Origin: Bacilli bacterium
GTDB taxonomy: Bacteria > Bacillota_I > Bacilli_A > RF39 > UBA660
DNA: 64,000 nt
Direction: 5' to 3'
Assembly: GCA_017612805.1 (NCBI GenBank)
Contig: JAGAFD010000007.1
Span: forward strand, 170,675-234,674
The position numbers were made by a program, and so were the translations under genes. Below, in pieces: positions 19,642-29,258 of the stretch (position 1 is its first letter; every line of letters begins with the position of its first letter). Below the pieces are notes generated by a model. That model saw only the letters and a list, made by a program, of their open reading frames with translations. It was not told where the DNA came from and did no database searches.

Positions 19642-19887
19642 ATGAATGGTAATCGTTTTAAAAACGGTAATGTATGCTCTAATTGTGGGGCTTCTATTCC
19701 ATATGGTTCATTTGTATGCAAGAATTGTAATAATCCATTACGGCTTGAACAAGTGAATAATAATATGAATATGGGAGGAAGATCAGTTACTAAAAGAGAT
19801 AATACTTCGCTTTTAGTACCAACATTCTTAATTATTTCAGTAATATTAATAATTATAACAATCGCGGTGGTGATTTATTCGAGATGA
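19642..19887 (+). CDS. Small zinc-ribbon membrane protein
   Basis: CSNCGASIPYGSFVCKNCNN zinc ribbon and a C-terminal TM. AGGTGA RBS 5 nt before ATG. Confidence 0.45.
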   Translation: MNGNRFKNGNVCSNCGASIPYGSFVCKNCNNPLRLEQVNNNMNMGGRSVTKRDNTSLLVPTFLIISVILIIITIAVVIYSR

Positions 19888-20381
19888 TTTTAGTAGCTTT
19901 AAAAATATTTGTAGCCCGTATCATGGATGTATCGATTGGTACGGTAAGAACCATTTTTACGGTTGAGGATCGAAAATGGTTAGCAACGCTTTTAGCTTTC
20001 TTTGAAGTCTTTATTTGGTTTCATGTAGCTAGAGAAGCAATTAATGTTGATTATAGCCCAATAGTTCCTTTTGCATATGCTGGTGGTTATGCAACTGGTA
20101 CATTGGTGGGTATTTTAATAAATGAATTATTAAATCATGGTAAGATGATGCTTACTGTAATTACCGCCAAATTAGATATTACAAGTATCTTAGAAAAAAA
20201 TAATATTATGTATTCCTTAGTTAATTTAGAGAACTCATATGATAAGATGGAACGTAAAATGTTAATATTATTTATTGATAAGAAAAAATCTGGTAAGACA
20301 ATAAGTTTAATTCGTAAGTTTGACCCACAAGCAGTGGTAACTACTACTTCTACAAATATTGTAGAAAGAAAAGAATTATAA
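19884..20381 (+). CDS. UPF0316/DUF2179 family membrane protein (YebE-like)
   Basis: N-terminal IFVARIMDVSIGTVRTIFTVEDRKWLATLLAFFEVFIWF matches UPF0316 family conservation. ATGA overlap with the upstream gene. Confidence 0.6.
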   Translation: MILVALKIFVARIMDVSIGTVRTIFTVEDRKWLATLLAFFEVFIWFHVAREAINVDYSPIVPFAYAGGYATGTLVGILINELLNHGKMMLTVITAKLDITSILEKNNIMYSLVNLENSYDKMERKMLILFIDKKKSGKTISLIRKFDPQAVVTTTSTNIVERKEL

Positions 20382-20410
20382 TTGCTATTTTTAAGGGTTT
20401 GTGTTATATT
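20382..20410 (+). promoter_or_regulatory. Sigma-A promoter with extended -10 (TTGCTA-17-TGtTATATT) of the rimP-nusA-infB operon
   Basis: -35 at 20382-20387; 17-nt spacer ending in TGT; -10 at 20405-20410. Confidence 0.55.
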
Positions 20411-20432
20411 AAAAGCGAATGCAGGAAGGAAA

Positions 20433-20457
20433 GTGATCAGAAATGACCACTTTTATT
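20433..20457 (+). promoter_or_regulatory. Leader hairpin plus U-tract (possible attenuator of the nusA operon)
   Basis: GTGATCA-gaaa-TGACCAC, 6 of 7 bp, followed by TTTTATT. Lies about 20 nt downstream of the predicted TSS and upstream of the rimP RBS. Confidence 0.3.
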
Positions 20458-20484
20458 ATTGTATGAAGGAGGAATTTTTAAAAA

Positions 20485-20751
20485 GTGGAAGAAAAATTAG
20501 CAAAACTAAGAAGTCGTATTGAACCAGTTATGAATGAAAATAATATTATTTTAGATAATATTGAATATGTATTTGAAAATAAACATTATTTTTTAAGAAT
20601 CACCTTAGATAAAGTTAATGGGATTGACTTAGATACAATTGTAGAAGCAACTAATCTAATTAATCCAATTGTTGATGAATTAGATTTATTTGAAGAATCT
20701 TATATTATGGATGTTATCAGTAAAGAAAGAAGTGACGATTATGAATGGTAA
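20485..20751 (+). CDS. rimP: Ribosome maturation factor RimP (short, N-terminal domain only)
   Basis: 88 aa, GTG start after AAGGAGGA. Position upstream of nusA. The typical RimP C-terminal domain is absent; the ORF stops 11 nt into nusA. Confidence 0.55.
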   Translation: MEEKLAKLRSRIEPVMNENNIILDNIEYVFENKHYFLRITLDKVNGIDLDTIVEATNLINPIVDELDLFEESYIMDVISKERSDDYEW

Positions 20752-21853
20752 AGAATTATTAAAAGCCTTAGATTATATTGTTGAAGAAAAAGGCATTTCA
20801 AGAGAAGAAGTATTAGAATACTTAGAACAAGCTTTAATTACAGCTTATAAAAAGAATTTTGATTCTAAAAATAATGTTAAAGTAGTTATTGATCCCGATA
20901 CTGGCAATGTTAAAGTTATATCATATTTAGTAGTTGTAGATGAATATGATGATGGTGAAGAAGTAGTTGATGAGGAAGGTAATATTACTTATACTGATCC
21001 AGCTATTCCATCTGATGCACAAATCTTATTAGAAGATGCGCAAAAACAAGTTCCAGATATTAAAGTTGGTGAAACTATTGAACAAGAAGTAACCCCTAAA
21101 GATTTTGGTAGAGTTGCCGCAAGTTCAGCTAAACAAGTAATTACGCAAAAAATCAGAGAAGCAGAAAAGAATAGTATTATTGCTGAATATAGTGATAAAC
21201 AAGATGAATTAATGGTTGGTATGCTTGCTATGGAAGATAGTAAAAATTACTATGTTGATTTAGGTAGAGCAAGAGGTATCTTACCAAAAAGTGAAATGAT
21301 TCCTGGTGAAAATGTGGTAATGGGTTCATCTATTAAAGTTTATGTAACTAAAGTTGAAGCTAATCAAAAAGGACCTTTAATTTTACTTTCTAGAAAACAT
21401 TATGGTTTTGTTAAAAGATTATTTGAATCAGAAATTCCTGAATTAGTTAATGGGGATATTGTAATTTATAGTGTTGCTCGTGAACCTGGTATTAGAAGTA
21501 AAGTAGCTGTTTATTCAACTAACGAAAATATCGATGCAATTGGTTCTTGTATTGGTCAAAATGGTTCAAGAATTGCTAATATTTTAAAAGAATTAAATGG
21601 TGAAAAAGTCGATTTAGTTTTATATAGTGAAAATCCAGAAGAATTTATTAAAAATGCCTTAAGTCCTGCTAAAGATGCGATTGTATCAATTACTGATGAA
21701 GCAGAAAAGAAAGCATTAGCAATTGTTTCTGACGATAATTTAAGCTTAGCTATTGGTAAGAAAGGATCTAATGCTAAATTAGCATCAAGATTAACTAAAT
21801 ATCATATTGATATTAAGACAATGTCTGAAATAAATGAAGAGGCTAATAAATAA
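20741..21853 (+). CDS. nusA: Transcription termination/antitermination factor NusA
   Basis: N-terminal MNGKELLKALDYIVEEKGIS, S1 and KH regions (e.g. IGSCIGQNGSRIANI). Conserved operon context. Confidence 0.9.
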   Translation: MNGKELLKALDYIVEEKGISREEVLEYLEQALITAYKKNFDSKNNVKVVIDPDTGNVKVISYLVVVDEYDDGEEVVDEEGNITYTDPAIPSDAQILLEDAQKQVPDIKVGETIEQEVTPKDFGRVAASSAKQVITQKIREAEKNSIIAEYSDKQDELMVGMLAMEDSKNYYVDLGRARGILPKSEMIPGENVVMGSSIKVYVTKVEANQKGPLILLSRKHYGFVKRLFESEIPELVNGDIVIYSVAREPGIRSKVAVYSTNENIDAIGSCIGQNGSRIANILKELNGEKVDLVLYSENPEEFIKNALSPAKDAIVSITDEAEKKALAIVSDDNLSLAIGKKGSNAKLASRLTKYHIDIKTMSEINEEANK

Positions 21854-22110
21854 TGAAGAAAATTCCTTTAAGACAATGTGTTGTTAGTAAAGAAAGATTA
21901 CCTAAAAATGAATTAATTAGAGTAGTAAAAGATAATTTAGGTAATGTAAGTGTTGATATAACAGGAAAAGCTAATGGCAAAGGAGCTTATATTAAAAAAG
22001 ATCTTGAAGTATTAAATAACGCAATTAAGAATAAGACTTTAGATCGTGTGTTAGAAGTTAAAATAACTGATGATATTTATGAGGAGTTAAAAAATATAAT
22101 AAATAATTAG
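21853..22110 (+). CDS. ylxR: YlxR/DUF448 RNA-binding protein
   Basis: 85 aa with the RQCVVSKERLPKNELIRVV motif, between nusA and infB as in other Firmicutes. Confidence 0.8.
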   Translation: MKKIPLRQCVVSKERLPKNELIRVVKDNLGNVSVDITGKANGKGAYIKKDLEVLNNAIKNKTLDRVLEVKITDDIYEELKNIINN

Positions 22111-22125
22111 AAAAGAGGTTATTAT

Positions 22126-24234
22126 ATGACAGTAAAAGATTATGCATTAGATACTAATCATTCAGTAGCAGAAATTTTAAAGAAATGTAGTGAACTTGGA
22201 ATTATGGTATCTAGTGGTGATGATGTTTTAGAAGATGACGATATCATTATTCTAGATAATACTATTAATCTTATTAGTACTGATGATGATCAATCTTTAG
22301 ATGATTTAGATACAATTGATGAAGTAGTTGATGATTTACTTGATGATAATATGTCTAAATCATTAGATAACGGAGTTAAAAAACAAAAATTAAAAAAACG
22401 TAGCGAACTTGAAAGTAGTAAAGAAGAATACTTTAACAAAAGAAAAGCTATGTATAAGAATAAAGAAAAATTAAAAACTAATAGTGTTAAAGAAGATGTT
22501 GTATTATATAAGAATAATATGACAGTAAGTGATTTAGCTAATGAACTTAACGTTAGTGGTACGGATTTAATTAAAAAATTAATGATGTTAGGTGAAATGG
22601 CTAGTTTAAATCAAACTATTTCTTATGATATTGCTGAGTTAATTGCATCTGAATATAAAAAGACTTTAAAACATGAAGAAACTCAAGATGTAGCTAACTT
22701 TGAAGAATATGAAATTGTTGATGATCCAAAAGATCTAGTTAAAAGACCACCAGTAGTTACCATTATGGGTCATGTTGACCATGGTAAAACAACCCTTTTA
22801 GATTATATTAGAAATAGTAGTGTTGTTGATACTGAATTTGGTGGTATTACTCAACACATTGGTGCATACCAAGTTAGCGTTAATGATGATAGAATCACCT
22901 TTATTGATACTCCTGGACATGCGGCATTTACTGAAATGCGTGCACGTGGAGCATCAGTAACTGATATTGTAATTATTATTGTTTCTGCTGATGATGGGGT
23001 TATGCCACAAACGAAAGAAGCAGTTGATCATGCCCTTTCAGCTAATGTTCCAATTATTGTTGCAATTAATAAAATTGATAAACCAGATGCTGATCCAGAA
23101 CGTATTAAAACGGAAATGGCAGCCATTAATATTACTCCAGAAGAATGGGGTGGAAATATTCCATTTATTCCTATTAGTGCTAAAACGGGTACTGGAGTAG
23201 ATAAATTATTAGATTGTATTATTGCAACAGCTGAAATGCTTGAATTAAAAGCTAATCCAAATCGTTATGCAGTTGGTTCAGTTATTGAATCAAAAGTTGA
23301 TAAAAATGTTGGTGGCGTTGCTTCATTATTAATTCAAAATGGTACCCTACGTTTAGGTGATCCAATCGTTGTTGGTTCATTCTTTGGTAAAGTAAGAACA
23401 ATGAAAAACGATTTAGGTGAATCAATTGTTGAAGCTGGACCATCAGTTCCAGTAGAAGTAACCGGATTATCGGATAATCCAACTGCTGGGGATAAATTTA
23501 TGGCTTTTGAAACCGAAACGGAAGCTAAACATATTGCCGAAAAACGTGCTCAATTCTTAAAGAATCAAAAGCAAAAGAAAGAAACCTTAAGTTTAGATGA
23601 TTTATTTAGTAAAATTAATGAAGGTCAAAAAGAAATTAATGTTGTCTTAAAAGCTGATGTTCGTGGTTCTGAAGAAGCCGTTAAGAATTCTTTAGAAAAA
23701 ATCAATGTTGAAGGTGTCAGAGTTAAAGTCATCAGAAGTGGTATTGGCACCATTACGGAAAGTGATGTTGTACTTGCTCATGCATCTAATGCCATAGTTA
23801 TTGGATTTAATGTAATTCCACCACTTCAAACTAAAGAAATAGCTAAAGAATATAATGTTGATATTAGACTTTATACGATAATTTATAAAGCTGTTGAAGA
23901 AATGGAACTTGCTATGAAAGGTATGTTGGATCCAGAATACGAAGAAAAACCAATGGGTAGTGCCGAAATTAGACAAATCTTTAAATTCTCTAAGATTGGT
24001 AATATTGCTGGTTCTTATGTAACCGATAATGTTATTAAAGATGGTGCTGATTGTCGTTTGATTCGTGATGGTATCGTATTATATACTGGTAAAATTCAAT
24101 CACTACAAAGAGAGAAAAACCAAGTTAAAGAAGTTAAAAAAGGTTATGAATGTGGTATAACATTAGATAACTTTAATGATATTAAAGTTGGCGATATCAT
24201 TGAATGTTTTGAAATGGTTGAGGTAAAAAGATGA
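22126..24234 (+). CDS. infB: Translation initiation factor IF-2
   Basis: 702 aa. GTPase motifs [24 protein letters not shown] stop overlaps rbfA ATG. Confidence 0.95.
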   Translation: MTVKDYALDTNHSVAEILKKCSELGIMVSSGDDVLEDDDIIILDNTINLISTDDDQSLDDLDTIDEVVDDLLDDNMSKSLDNGVKKQKLKKRSELESSKEEYFNKRKAMYKNKEKLKTNSVKEDVVLYKNNMTVSDLANELNVSGTDLIKKLMMLGEMASLNQTISYDIAELIASEYKKTLKHEETQDVANFEEYEIVDDPKDLVKRPPVVTIMGHVDHGKTTLLDYIRNSSVVDTEFGGITQHIGAYQVSVNDDRITFIDTPGHAAFTEMRARGASVTDIVIIIVSADDGVMPQTKEAVDHALSANVPIIVAINKIDKPDADPERIKTEMAAINITPEEWGGNIPFIPISAKTGTGVDKLLDCIIATAEMLELKANPNRYAVGSVIESKVDKNVGGVASLLIQNGTLRLGDPIVVGSFFGKVRTMKNDLGESIVEAGPSVPVEVTGLSDNPTAGDKFMAFETETEAKHIAEKRAQFLKNQKQKKETLSLDDLFSKINEGQKEINVVLKADVRGSEEAVKNSLEKINVEGVRVKVIRSGIGTITESDVVLAHASNAIVIGFNVIPPLQTKEIAKEYNVDIRLYTIIYKAVEEMELAMKGMLDPEYEEKPMGSAEIRQIFKFSKIGNIAGSYVTDNVIKDGADCRLIRDGIVLYTGKIQSLQREKNQVKEVKKGYECGITLDNFNDIKVGDIIECFEMVEVKR

Positions 24235-24593
24235 ATCAAGTCAAATTAAAAAGAATTGAATCACAAATAGTGAAAGAAGTATCAGACATTTTACTTAATG
24301 AAACAAATGATGAATTATTAAAAACGATTACCATTACTGGTTGTGAAGTTGCTAGTGATTTATCATATGCTAAAATCTATTTTACTAGTTTTAGTGATAT
24401 GGAAAATAAAGCAATTGAAGCTGAAATGGAAGAAGCAAGTTCATACATTCGTATGAAACTTGCTGACCAAATTGAATTAAGACATACACCTAAGTTAAGA
24501 TTTATTTATGATACATCAATTGCATATGGCGAAAAAATTGAAAGAATAATTAGGGAAATCCATGAGGAACAAAAGGAAGATTTAAATGATTAA
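24231..24593 (+). CDS. rbfA: Ribosome-binding factor A
   Basis: 120 aa in the RbfA position, with an RbfA-like N-terminus (KRIESQIVKEVSDIL). Confidence 0.8.
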   Translation: MNQVKLKRIESQIVKEVSDILLNETNDELLKTITITGCEVASDLSYAKIYFTSFSDMENKAIEAEMEEASSYIRMKLADQIELRHTPKLRFIYDTSIAYGEKIERIIREIHEEQKEDLND

Positions 24594-25104
24594 AATTGAC
24601 AATTATACTTTCAAGAATAAATTAGAGGTTGAAGCCGCACCTAAAGCAAAAGAACTAATTAATGAGTTTTATGAAACTGCTCATCCAAATTTAACTGAAT
24701 ATAACAAAAAACATTATGCTAATGCTTTAAAACATGCAATTGTTTTAGGATATGAAAAAGGGGTTTATATTTATGATGATGATAACGAATTAGTAGGGTT
24801 AGCTCTTTATCATGTTCAATTAGAAAATCCGACTAATGTATGTATTGATGCAATTAGTTTTGATAAAACAGTTAGAAAAACCTATGCTGGTGTTTATGAA
24901 GAACATGGACCATCAGTATTATTAAAAGCAGTTATTAAAATAATTAGTAAAGTTGCTAAAAAGAATAATAAGGATACGTTGATATTGTGTTTAAATGATG
25001 AAATCCTTTATCTAGAAAATAACTTTAATGATTTAGGATTTGATAAGACATCACATTTAGAATTAAATTTAAATACTAATTTATATAAGAAAACAGTTAA
25101 ATAG
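24586..25104 (+). CDS. Hypothetical protein inserted between rbfA and truB
   Basis: 172-aa ORF overlapping the rbfA end. No recognisable motif. Confidence 0.4.
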   Translation: MIKIDNYTFKNKLEVEAAPKAKELINEFYETAHPNLTEYNKKHYANALKHAIVLGYEKGVYIYDDDNELVGLALYHVQLENPTNVCIDAISFDKTVRKTYAGVYEEHGPSVLLKAVIKIISKVAKKNNKDTLILCLNDEILYLENNFNDLGFDKTSHLELNLNTNLYKKTVK

Positions 25105-25107
25105 AAA

Positions 25108-25956
25108 ATGAATGGAATTATCGTAGTTAATAAACCAAGTGGTTATACTTCCAGGGATATTGTAAATATTGTTGGTAAAAGTATTAACACTAAAAAAGTT
25201 GGTCATACGGGAACCCTTGATCCAATGGCTGAAGGAGTTTTAGTAATCTGTGTTAATGATGCTACTAAATTAGTAGAATTATTAACTGATCACGAAAAAG
25301 ATTATATTGCTGAAGTTAAACTAGGTATTAAAACCGATACATTAGATATTACTGGTACAGTTTTAGAAAAACAAACGGTAGTTTTAGAGGAAAAGATATT
25401 AAAAGAAACTTTATTAAACTTTAATAAGACTTATCAACAAGAAGTACCAGAATATAGTGCTGTTAAGATTAACGGTAAGAAAATGTATGAATATAAAAGA
25501 GCTGGTTTAGAAATTCCTAATAAAATATATCGTGAAGTTACGGTTAGTAATATGGAGTTATTAACTTTTGATGGTGATACCTTTAAGTTTAAATGTCATG
25601 TATCAAAAGGAACTTATATTAGACAGTTAATTAGTGATATCTGTTATGAGTTAGGAGTTATTGGAACGATGAGTTCTTTATTAAGAACTAGTTTAGGTAA
25701 CTTTAGTTTAAAAGATGCTAACAGTATTGAAGATATTAAAGCTAATCATATAAAAATGATTAGTATTAATGAAGTTTTATCTAATTATAAAACTATTGAT
25801 GTTGATGCGGCATTATATAAAAAAATTGCTAATGGCGTTGTTTATGAAGAAAATATTGATGATTTATATATCTATTTTACTTATCAAAATAAACCATTAG
25901 CATTATATAAAAAACATAATGATAATAAATATCATATGGATAAATGTTTTAAGTAA
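25108..25956 (+). CDS. truB: tRNA pseudouridine(55) synthase TruB
   Basis: GHTGTLDPMAEGVLVICVNDATK with catalytic Asp. Operon position. Confidence 0.9.
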   Translation: MNGIIVVNKPSGYTSRDIVNIVGKSINTKKVGHTGTLDPMAEGVLVICVNDATKLVELLTDHEKDYIAEVKLGIKTDTLDITGTVLEKQTVVLEEKILKETLLNFNKTYQQEVPEYSAVKINGKKMYEYKRAGLEIPNKIYREVTVSNMELLTFDGDTFKFKCHVSKGTYIRQLISDICYELGVIGTMSSLLRTSLGNFSLKDANSIEDIKANHIKMISINEVLSNYKTIDVDAALYKKIANGVVYEENIDDLYIYFTYQNKPLALYKKHNDNKYHMDKCFK

Positions 25957-25971
25957 AAAAATGGGTGGTTT

Positions 25972-27300
25972 TTGGTGAATATTATTACTCTTATTAAAAA
26001 GCTATTTAAGAAACATGTTGATGAACCTAGTGACTTTGTTACTAGGGTTTTGCCGTCTTTAAAATTTGGTGATGTTATTATTGCCGAACGTTTTAATAAT
26101 GATATTGAAAAAGAAGAGATGGGTGCAAATCATGATATTGGTCCTTATATTGTAGTCGGTTTTGATAATGATAAAATTATTGGATGTTATTGTACTAGTA
26201 AAAATACTAGTCATTGGGGAATGCAAATTGGTAAGGATTATAATATATTCAAAAATGATACTTGGGTAGATACGCGAACAAAAATTAAAACCATTGATGA
26301 AGAAGCTTTTATAAATAAAGGATACTATTCATTAAATGAAGAAGATAAACTAAAATTAAATAAAAGATTAACTAGATGTTGCCCATGTGAATATAATGAT
26401 TTTGGTTTAAAGAAAAGATTATGGATTTCGGAAAAACCAGCTTTTTTGGGCGTAAGAGATGTTTTTAAAAAAGATAAAAATATGTATTTAATTATTCAAG
26501 AAACCACTAAATATTTTAAAGCTTTAAAAATTGAAGGCTATGATTATCATACTTCAAGTGTTAATTTTAATACATTTAAAATTATGGCTACGGAGTATAA
26601 ACATAAACAAGGTGTAACATATTTAAATACAATACCAGAAGCGCAATATAAAACAATTATAAGTAATTATGAAGCGATTCAAGCAGTTAATGCATATCGT
26701 AGTAAAATATTTAATGATAATAAAGCAGTTCGCGGTTCCGTATTTGAATTTATGGGTCATCTTTATTATACTTATGGTATTACTGGCGATACAGCTAATT
26801 GTTTTAAAGTAGATCATGCCATTGGTGGTGATGAAGATTATCAAAAAATTGATGGTAAACGGTTTTTGTTATTCTTTAATGATACATTAGATTTGGATTT
26901 AAATAATAGTACTTATAAACTTAAATATTTAGCTTCGGAAGATGAAATGGATAATATTAAAGAATTTAAAAAAGATTATTACAAGAAAAGGGTAAGCCAT
27001 TTATCTAAAGGAAAAAATCAAAATAATAATTGTATTTATAAAAAGGCTAGATTACAAGTTGGAGATATGGTTTATCAAAGGGATATTACTAAGCAATATA
27101 TTATCTTACAAATTGAAGGTGATATTGCATCAATTATTTTATTTAATGATTTAAAAAAAGATAAAATGAAAATAATGGAATGTGAATTAAAAAGTTTAAA
27201 AAGGTTCAAAAATGTTACTGCTATGGAACTAACAGCTATTGATCGTAAATTAAATCAAATACATGCAATTAATGCTCGCACTTATCAAAAACATGTTTAA
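25972..27300 (+). CDS. Hypothetical protein with two SH3/Tudor-like GD(V/M)V...Y.I segments (paralog A)
   Basis: 442 aa. N-terminal FGDVIIAERF...GPYIVVGFDNDKIIGCYCTSK and C-terminal VGDMVYQRDITKQYIILQIEGD. Start TTG 25972 or GTG 25975, with GGGTGG RBS. Confidence 0.4.
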   Translation: MVNIITLIKKLFKKHVDEPSDFVTRVLPSLKFGDVIIAERFNNDIEKEEMGANHDIGPYIVVGFDNDKIIGCYCTSKNTSHWGMQIGKDYNIFKNDTWVDTRTKIKTIDEEAFINKGYYSLNEEDKLKLNKRLTRCCPCEYNDFGLKKRLWISEKPAFLGVRDVFKKDKNMYLIIQETTKYFKALKIEGYDYHTSSVNFNTFKIMATEYKHKQGVTYLNTIPEAQYKTIISNYEAIQAVNAYRSKIFNDNKAVRGSVFEFMGHLYYTYGITGDTANCFKVDHAIGGDEDYQKIDGKRFLLFFNDTLDLDLNNSTYKLKYLASEDEMDNIKEFKKDYYKKRVSHLSKGKNQNNNCIYKKARLQVGDMVYQRDITKQYIILQIEGDIASIILFNDLKKDKMKIMECELKSLKRFKNVTAMELTAIDRKLNQIHAINARTYQKHV

Positions 27301-27311
27301 GGAGAATGTTT

Positions 27312-28238
27312 ATGCAAAGAGATTATATGATTGGTGATGTTGTTTCTTTTAACGGACACAACTATGTTATTTATAAAATGGAATATAACCGTTGTTTAGG
27401 TTTCAAAATTGATTTTTATGATCCAGAGATTAGAATTGATTTTGATAATATATCGGTTCGTCCGGTATTTGGTTCAAAAATGAATGAACCAGTAAGAAAA
27501 GTACATTTTGTTGGTCAATTAGATGATTATTTTAGAGAATGGATTATTAAGGAACATAAAAGATATAATGCTATTCAAGCTGAAAAATTAAGTCATCCAG
27601 AACGCTATAAAACAATGGATGCTGGATGGCTAATTAGTGGTAAAGGTTATCAATATTATGTTTATGAAGCAGATAGTAACTATGCTAGAGTAATACCAAT
27701 TTATTTTTCTGGTGTTAGTCATCCGAAAGCAATTAAAATTAATGGCCTTTATTATAAACCTGATTATCGTCATATTATGGATGTTGATTATGTAAATAAT
27801 AAATATAGTTTAGTAGATATTGCAACGGAAAGTGAAATTGAAAGAAATAATCAAGCTAGATCAATCAGACTTCCTAAAGGGAATAATAAAAATGTTGATT
27901 ATCGTGAAAGTATTGGTGGCTTTAAAACTGGTGACTTTATAACTTTAAAAAATGAGATGTTTAAGCGTTACTTAGTAACTAGTATTGATTATTATAAAAT
28001 CAAAGCTATTTCGGTTGAAGATGTTAATCATTATGGTGAAATAAACCAATTTTCTTTCAAACCAGATCAATGTAAGATTTACCAAGTTAATCCGATTGAA
28101 GTAAATGCTTTATATAATAAACTTTGCAGAATGGATAATGCTGAAGAATATAAAAGAATTATTGAAACTAATGCTTTAAGTAATGATATTGTGTTAACAA
28201 GAAATTCTGAAGCATATAAGAAACTATTAAAATATTGA
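27312..28238 (+). CDS. Hypothetical protein with two SH3/Tudor-like GD(V/F)(V/I)...Y.V segments (paralog B)
   Basis: About 308 aa. MIGDVVSFNGHNYVIYKMEYNRCLGFKI and KTGDFITLKNEMFKRYLVTSIDYYKIKAISVED. AAGGAGAA RBS; the second ATG is better spaced. Confidence 0.4.
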   Translation: MQRDYMIGDVVSFNGHNYVIYKMEYNRCLGFKIDFYDPEIRIDFDNISVRPVFGSKMNEPVRKVHFVGQLDDYFREWIIKEHKRYNAIQAEKLSHPERYKTMDAGWLISGKGYQYYVYEADSNYARVIPIYFSGVSHPKAIKINGLYYKPDYRHIMDVDYVNNKYSLVDIATESEIERNNQARSIRLPKGNNKNVDYRESIGGFKTGDFITLKNEMFKRYLVTSIDYYKIKAISVEDVNHYGEINQFSFKPDQCKIYQVNPIEVNALYNKLCRMDNAEEYKRIIETNALSNDIVLTRNSEAYKKLLKY

Positions 28239-28245
28239 AATAATA

Positions 28246-28274
28246 TTGCTTTTTTAAGAATTAACTGTTATAAT
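28246..28274 (+). promoter_or_regulatory. Sigma-A promoter with extended -10 (TTGCTT-17-TGtTATAAT) for tRNA-Gly
   Basis: Read directly; about 27 nt upstream of the tRNA. Confidence 0.6.
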
Positions 28275-28301
28275 AACATTGTTCTTGAAAAAGTTATATT
28301 T

Positions 28302-28375
28302 GCGAGTGTAGTTTAATGGTAGAGCTTCAGCCTTCCAAGCTGATAACGTGGGTTCGATTCCCATCACTCGCTCCA
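28302..28375 (+). tRNA. tRNA-Gly (UCC)
   Basis: Acceptor GCGAGTG/CACTCGC, anticodon arm TCAGC-CTTCCAA-GCTGA, T-loop GGGTTCGATTCCC, encoded CCA. Closely resembles Bacillus tRNA-Gly(UCC). Confidence 0.85.
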
Positions 28376-28383
28376 TTTAAAAA

Positions 28384-28410
28384 ATACTAGTCATTTGACT
28401 AGTTTTTTTA
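28384..28410 (+). terminator. Rho-independent terminator
   Basis: ACTAGTCA-tt-TGACTAGT followed by T7. Confidence 0.75.
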
Positions 28411-28498
28411 TTTTTCGAAAAACGTTATCTAGCTTGGTAAAAAAGCTATACATTTAATTATTTTATGTTATAATAAAAAACTAATTGGAGATGATTAG

Positions 28499-29197
28499 AT
28501 GACTTTTGAAGAATTAAAAAAATTATATAATATTTTTGGTATTAAGGTTGAAATGACTGATGATGAGATTACTTTTTATGATTTGATTAACGATATGCCA
28601 TTACAAACATATAAGGTAGTTTATACAGATTTAGCATTATCAATTAAAGAAGAAATTCCCACTTCTAAAAAAAGCGATTTATTAAATGGTTATCAATTTA
28701 AAGCAGCCAATGATGTTTTATCTTGTGAAATAAAAATTAAATATAATAGTAAATTGGATAAGTGTTATGAGGCCTTATCATATATTAATAATTTAGAAGA
28801 AGAATATTTAAAAAAAGTACATTATGAGTATGATGTTCATTATGAACGTTTAGAATATTTCATGAAACCGGATATGGCTTATGATTATACAGTGGTATTA
28901 ACAAAATCTCGTGATAACGAATGGAAACAAGCTTATTTTGATGAATTAGATTTTAATAAAGAATTACGTTTAATTTATTCTGCTTCTGGAACACCTGATA
29001 AATATGAAATTGATGATAATTTAGATACTTTAGATTACGAAAGATTATGTAATGACGATCCATTTATTGAAGAAGTAATTAACTATTTTGCTCCAGAAGT
29101 TAAATCTTTCTTACCAGAGGCAAGTTGGAAGAAAAATGCTTCCCAAGCGAATAAAAAAGTATTAGTTCCGAATAATAACGAAGAAAGAAATGAGTAA
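28499..29197 (+). CDS. Hypothetical protein
   Basis: 232-aa ORF. Upstream extended -10 TGtTATAAT (28466-28474) and RBS TGGAGATGA. Confidence 0.45.
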   Translation: MTFEELKKLYNIFGIKVEMTDDEITFYDLINDMPLQTYKVVYTDLALSIKEEIPTSKKSDLLNGYQFKAANDVLSCEIKIKYNSKLDKCYEALSYINNLEEEYLKKVHYEYDVHYERLEYFMKPDMAYDYTVVLTKSRDNEWKQAYFDELDFNKELRLIYSASGTPDKYEIDDNLDTLDYERLCNDDPFIEEVINYFAPEVKSFLPEASWKKNASQANKKVLVPNNNEERNE

Positions 29198-29211
29198 TCA
29201 TTTCTTTTTTT
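29186..29211 (+). terminator. Rho-independent terminator
   Basis: AGAAATGA-gtaa-TCATTTCT followed by T7; the stop codon lies in the loop. Confidence 0.7.
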
Positions 29212-29230
29212 GTGTAAAATTTTAAAATAA

Positions 29231-29258
29231 TTAGCACTCACTATTGACAAGTGCTAAT
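29231..29258 (+). promoter_or_regulatory. CIRCE operator (HrcA binding site)
   Basis: TTAGCACTC-N9-AAGTGCTAA; 8 of 9 match to the CIRCE consensus TTAGCACTC-N9-GAGTGCTAA. Overlaps the -35 of the hsp20 promoter. Confidence 0.75.

Noticed and set aside
24231-24234. Possibility that the AT-rich genome uses Mollicutes code 4 (TGA read as Trp).
   Set aside because: infB ends with TGA in an ATGA overlap with the rbfA start, and other confident genes end in TGA. Standard code 11 fits all conserved proteins without internal TGA codons.
25972-26200. Calling the N-terminus of the 442-aa protein a MazF/PemK toxin domain.
   Set aside because: Only a short resemblance (GDV...IGCYCTSK). The protein is four times the size of MazF and no antitoxin-like gene is adjacent. 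Kept only as a remark inside a finding.
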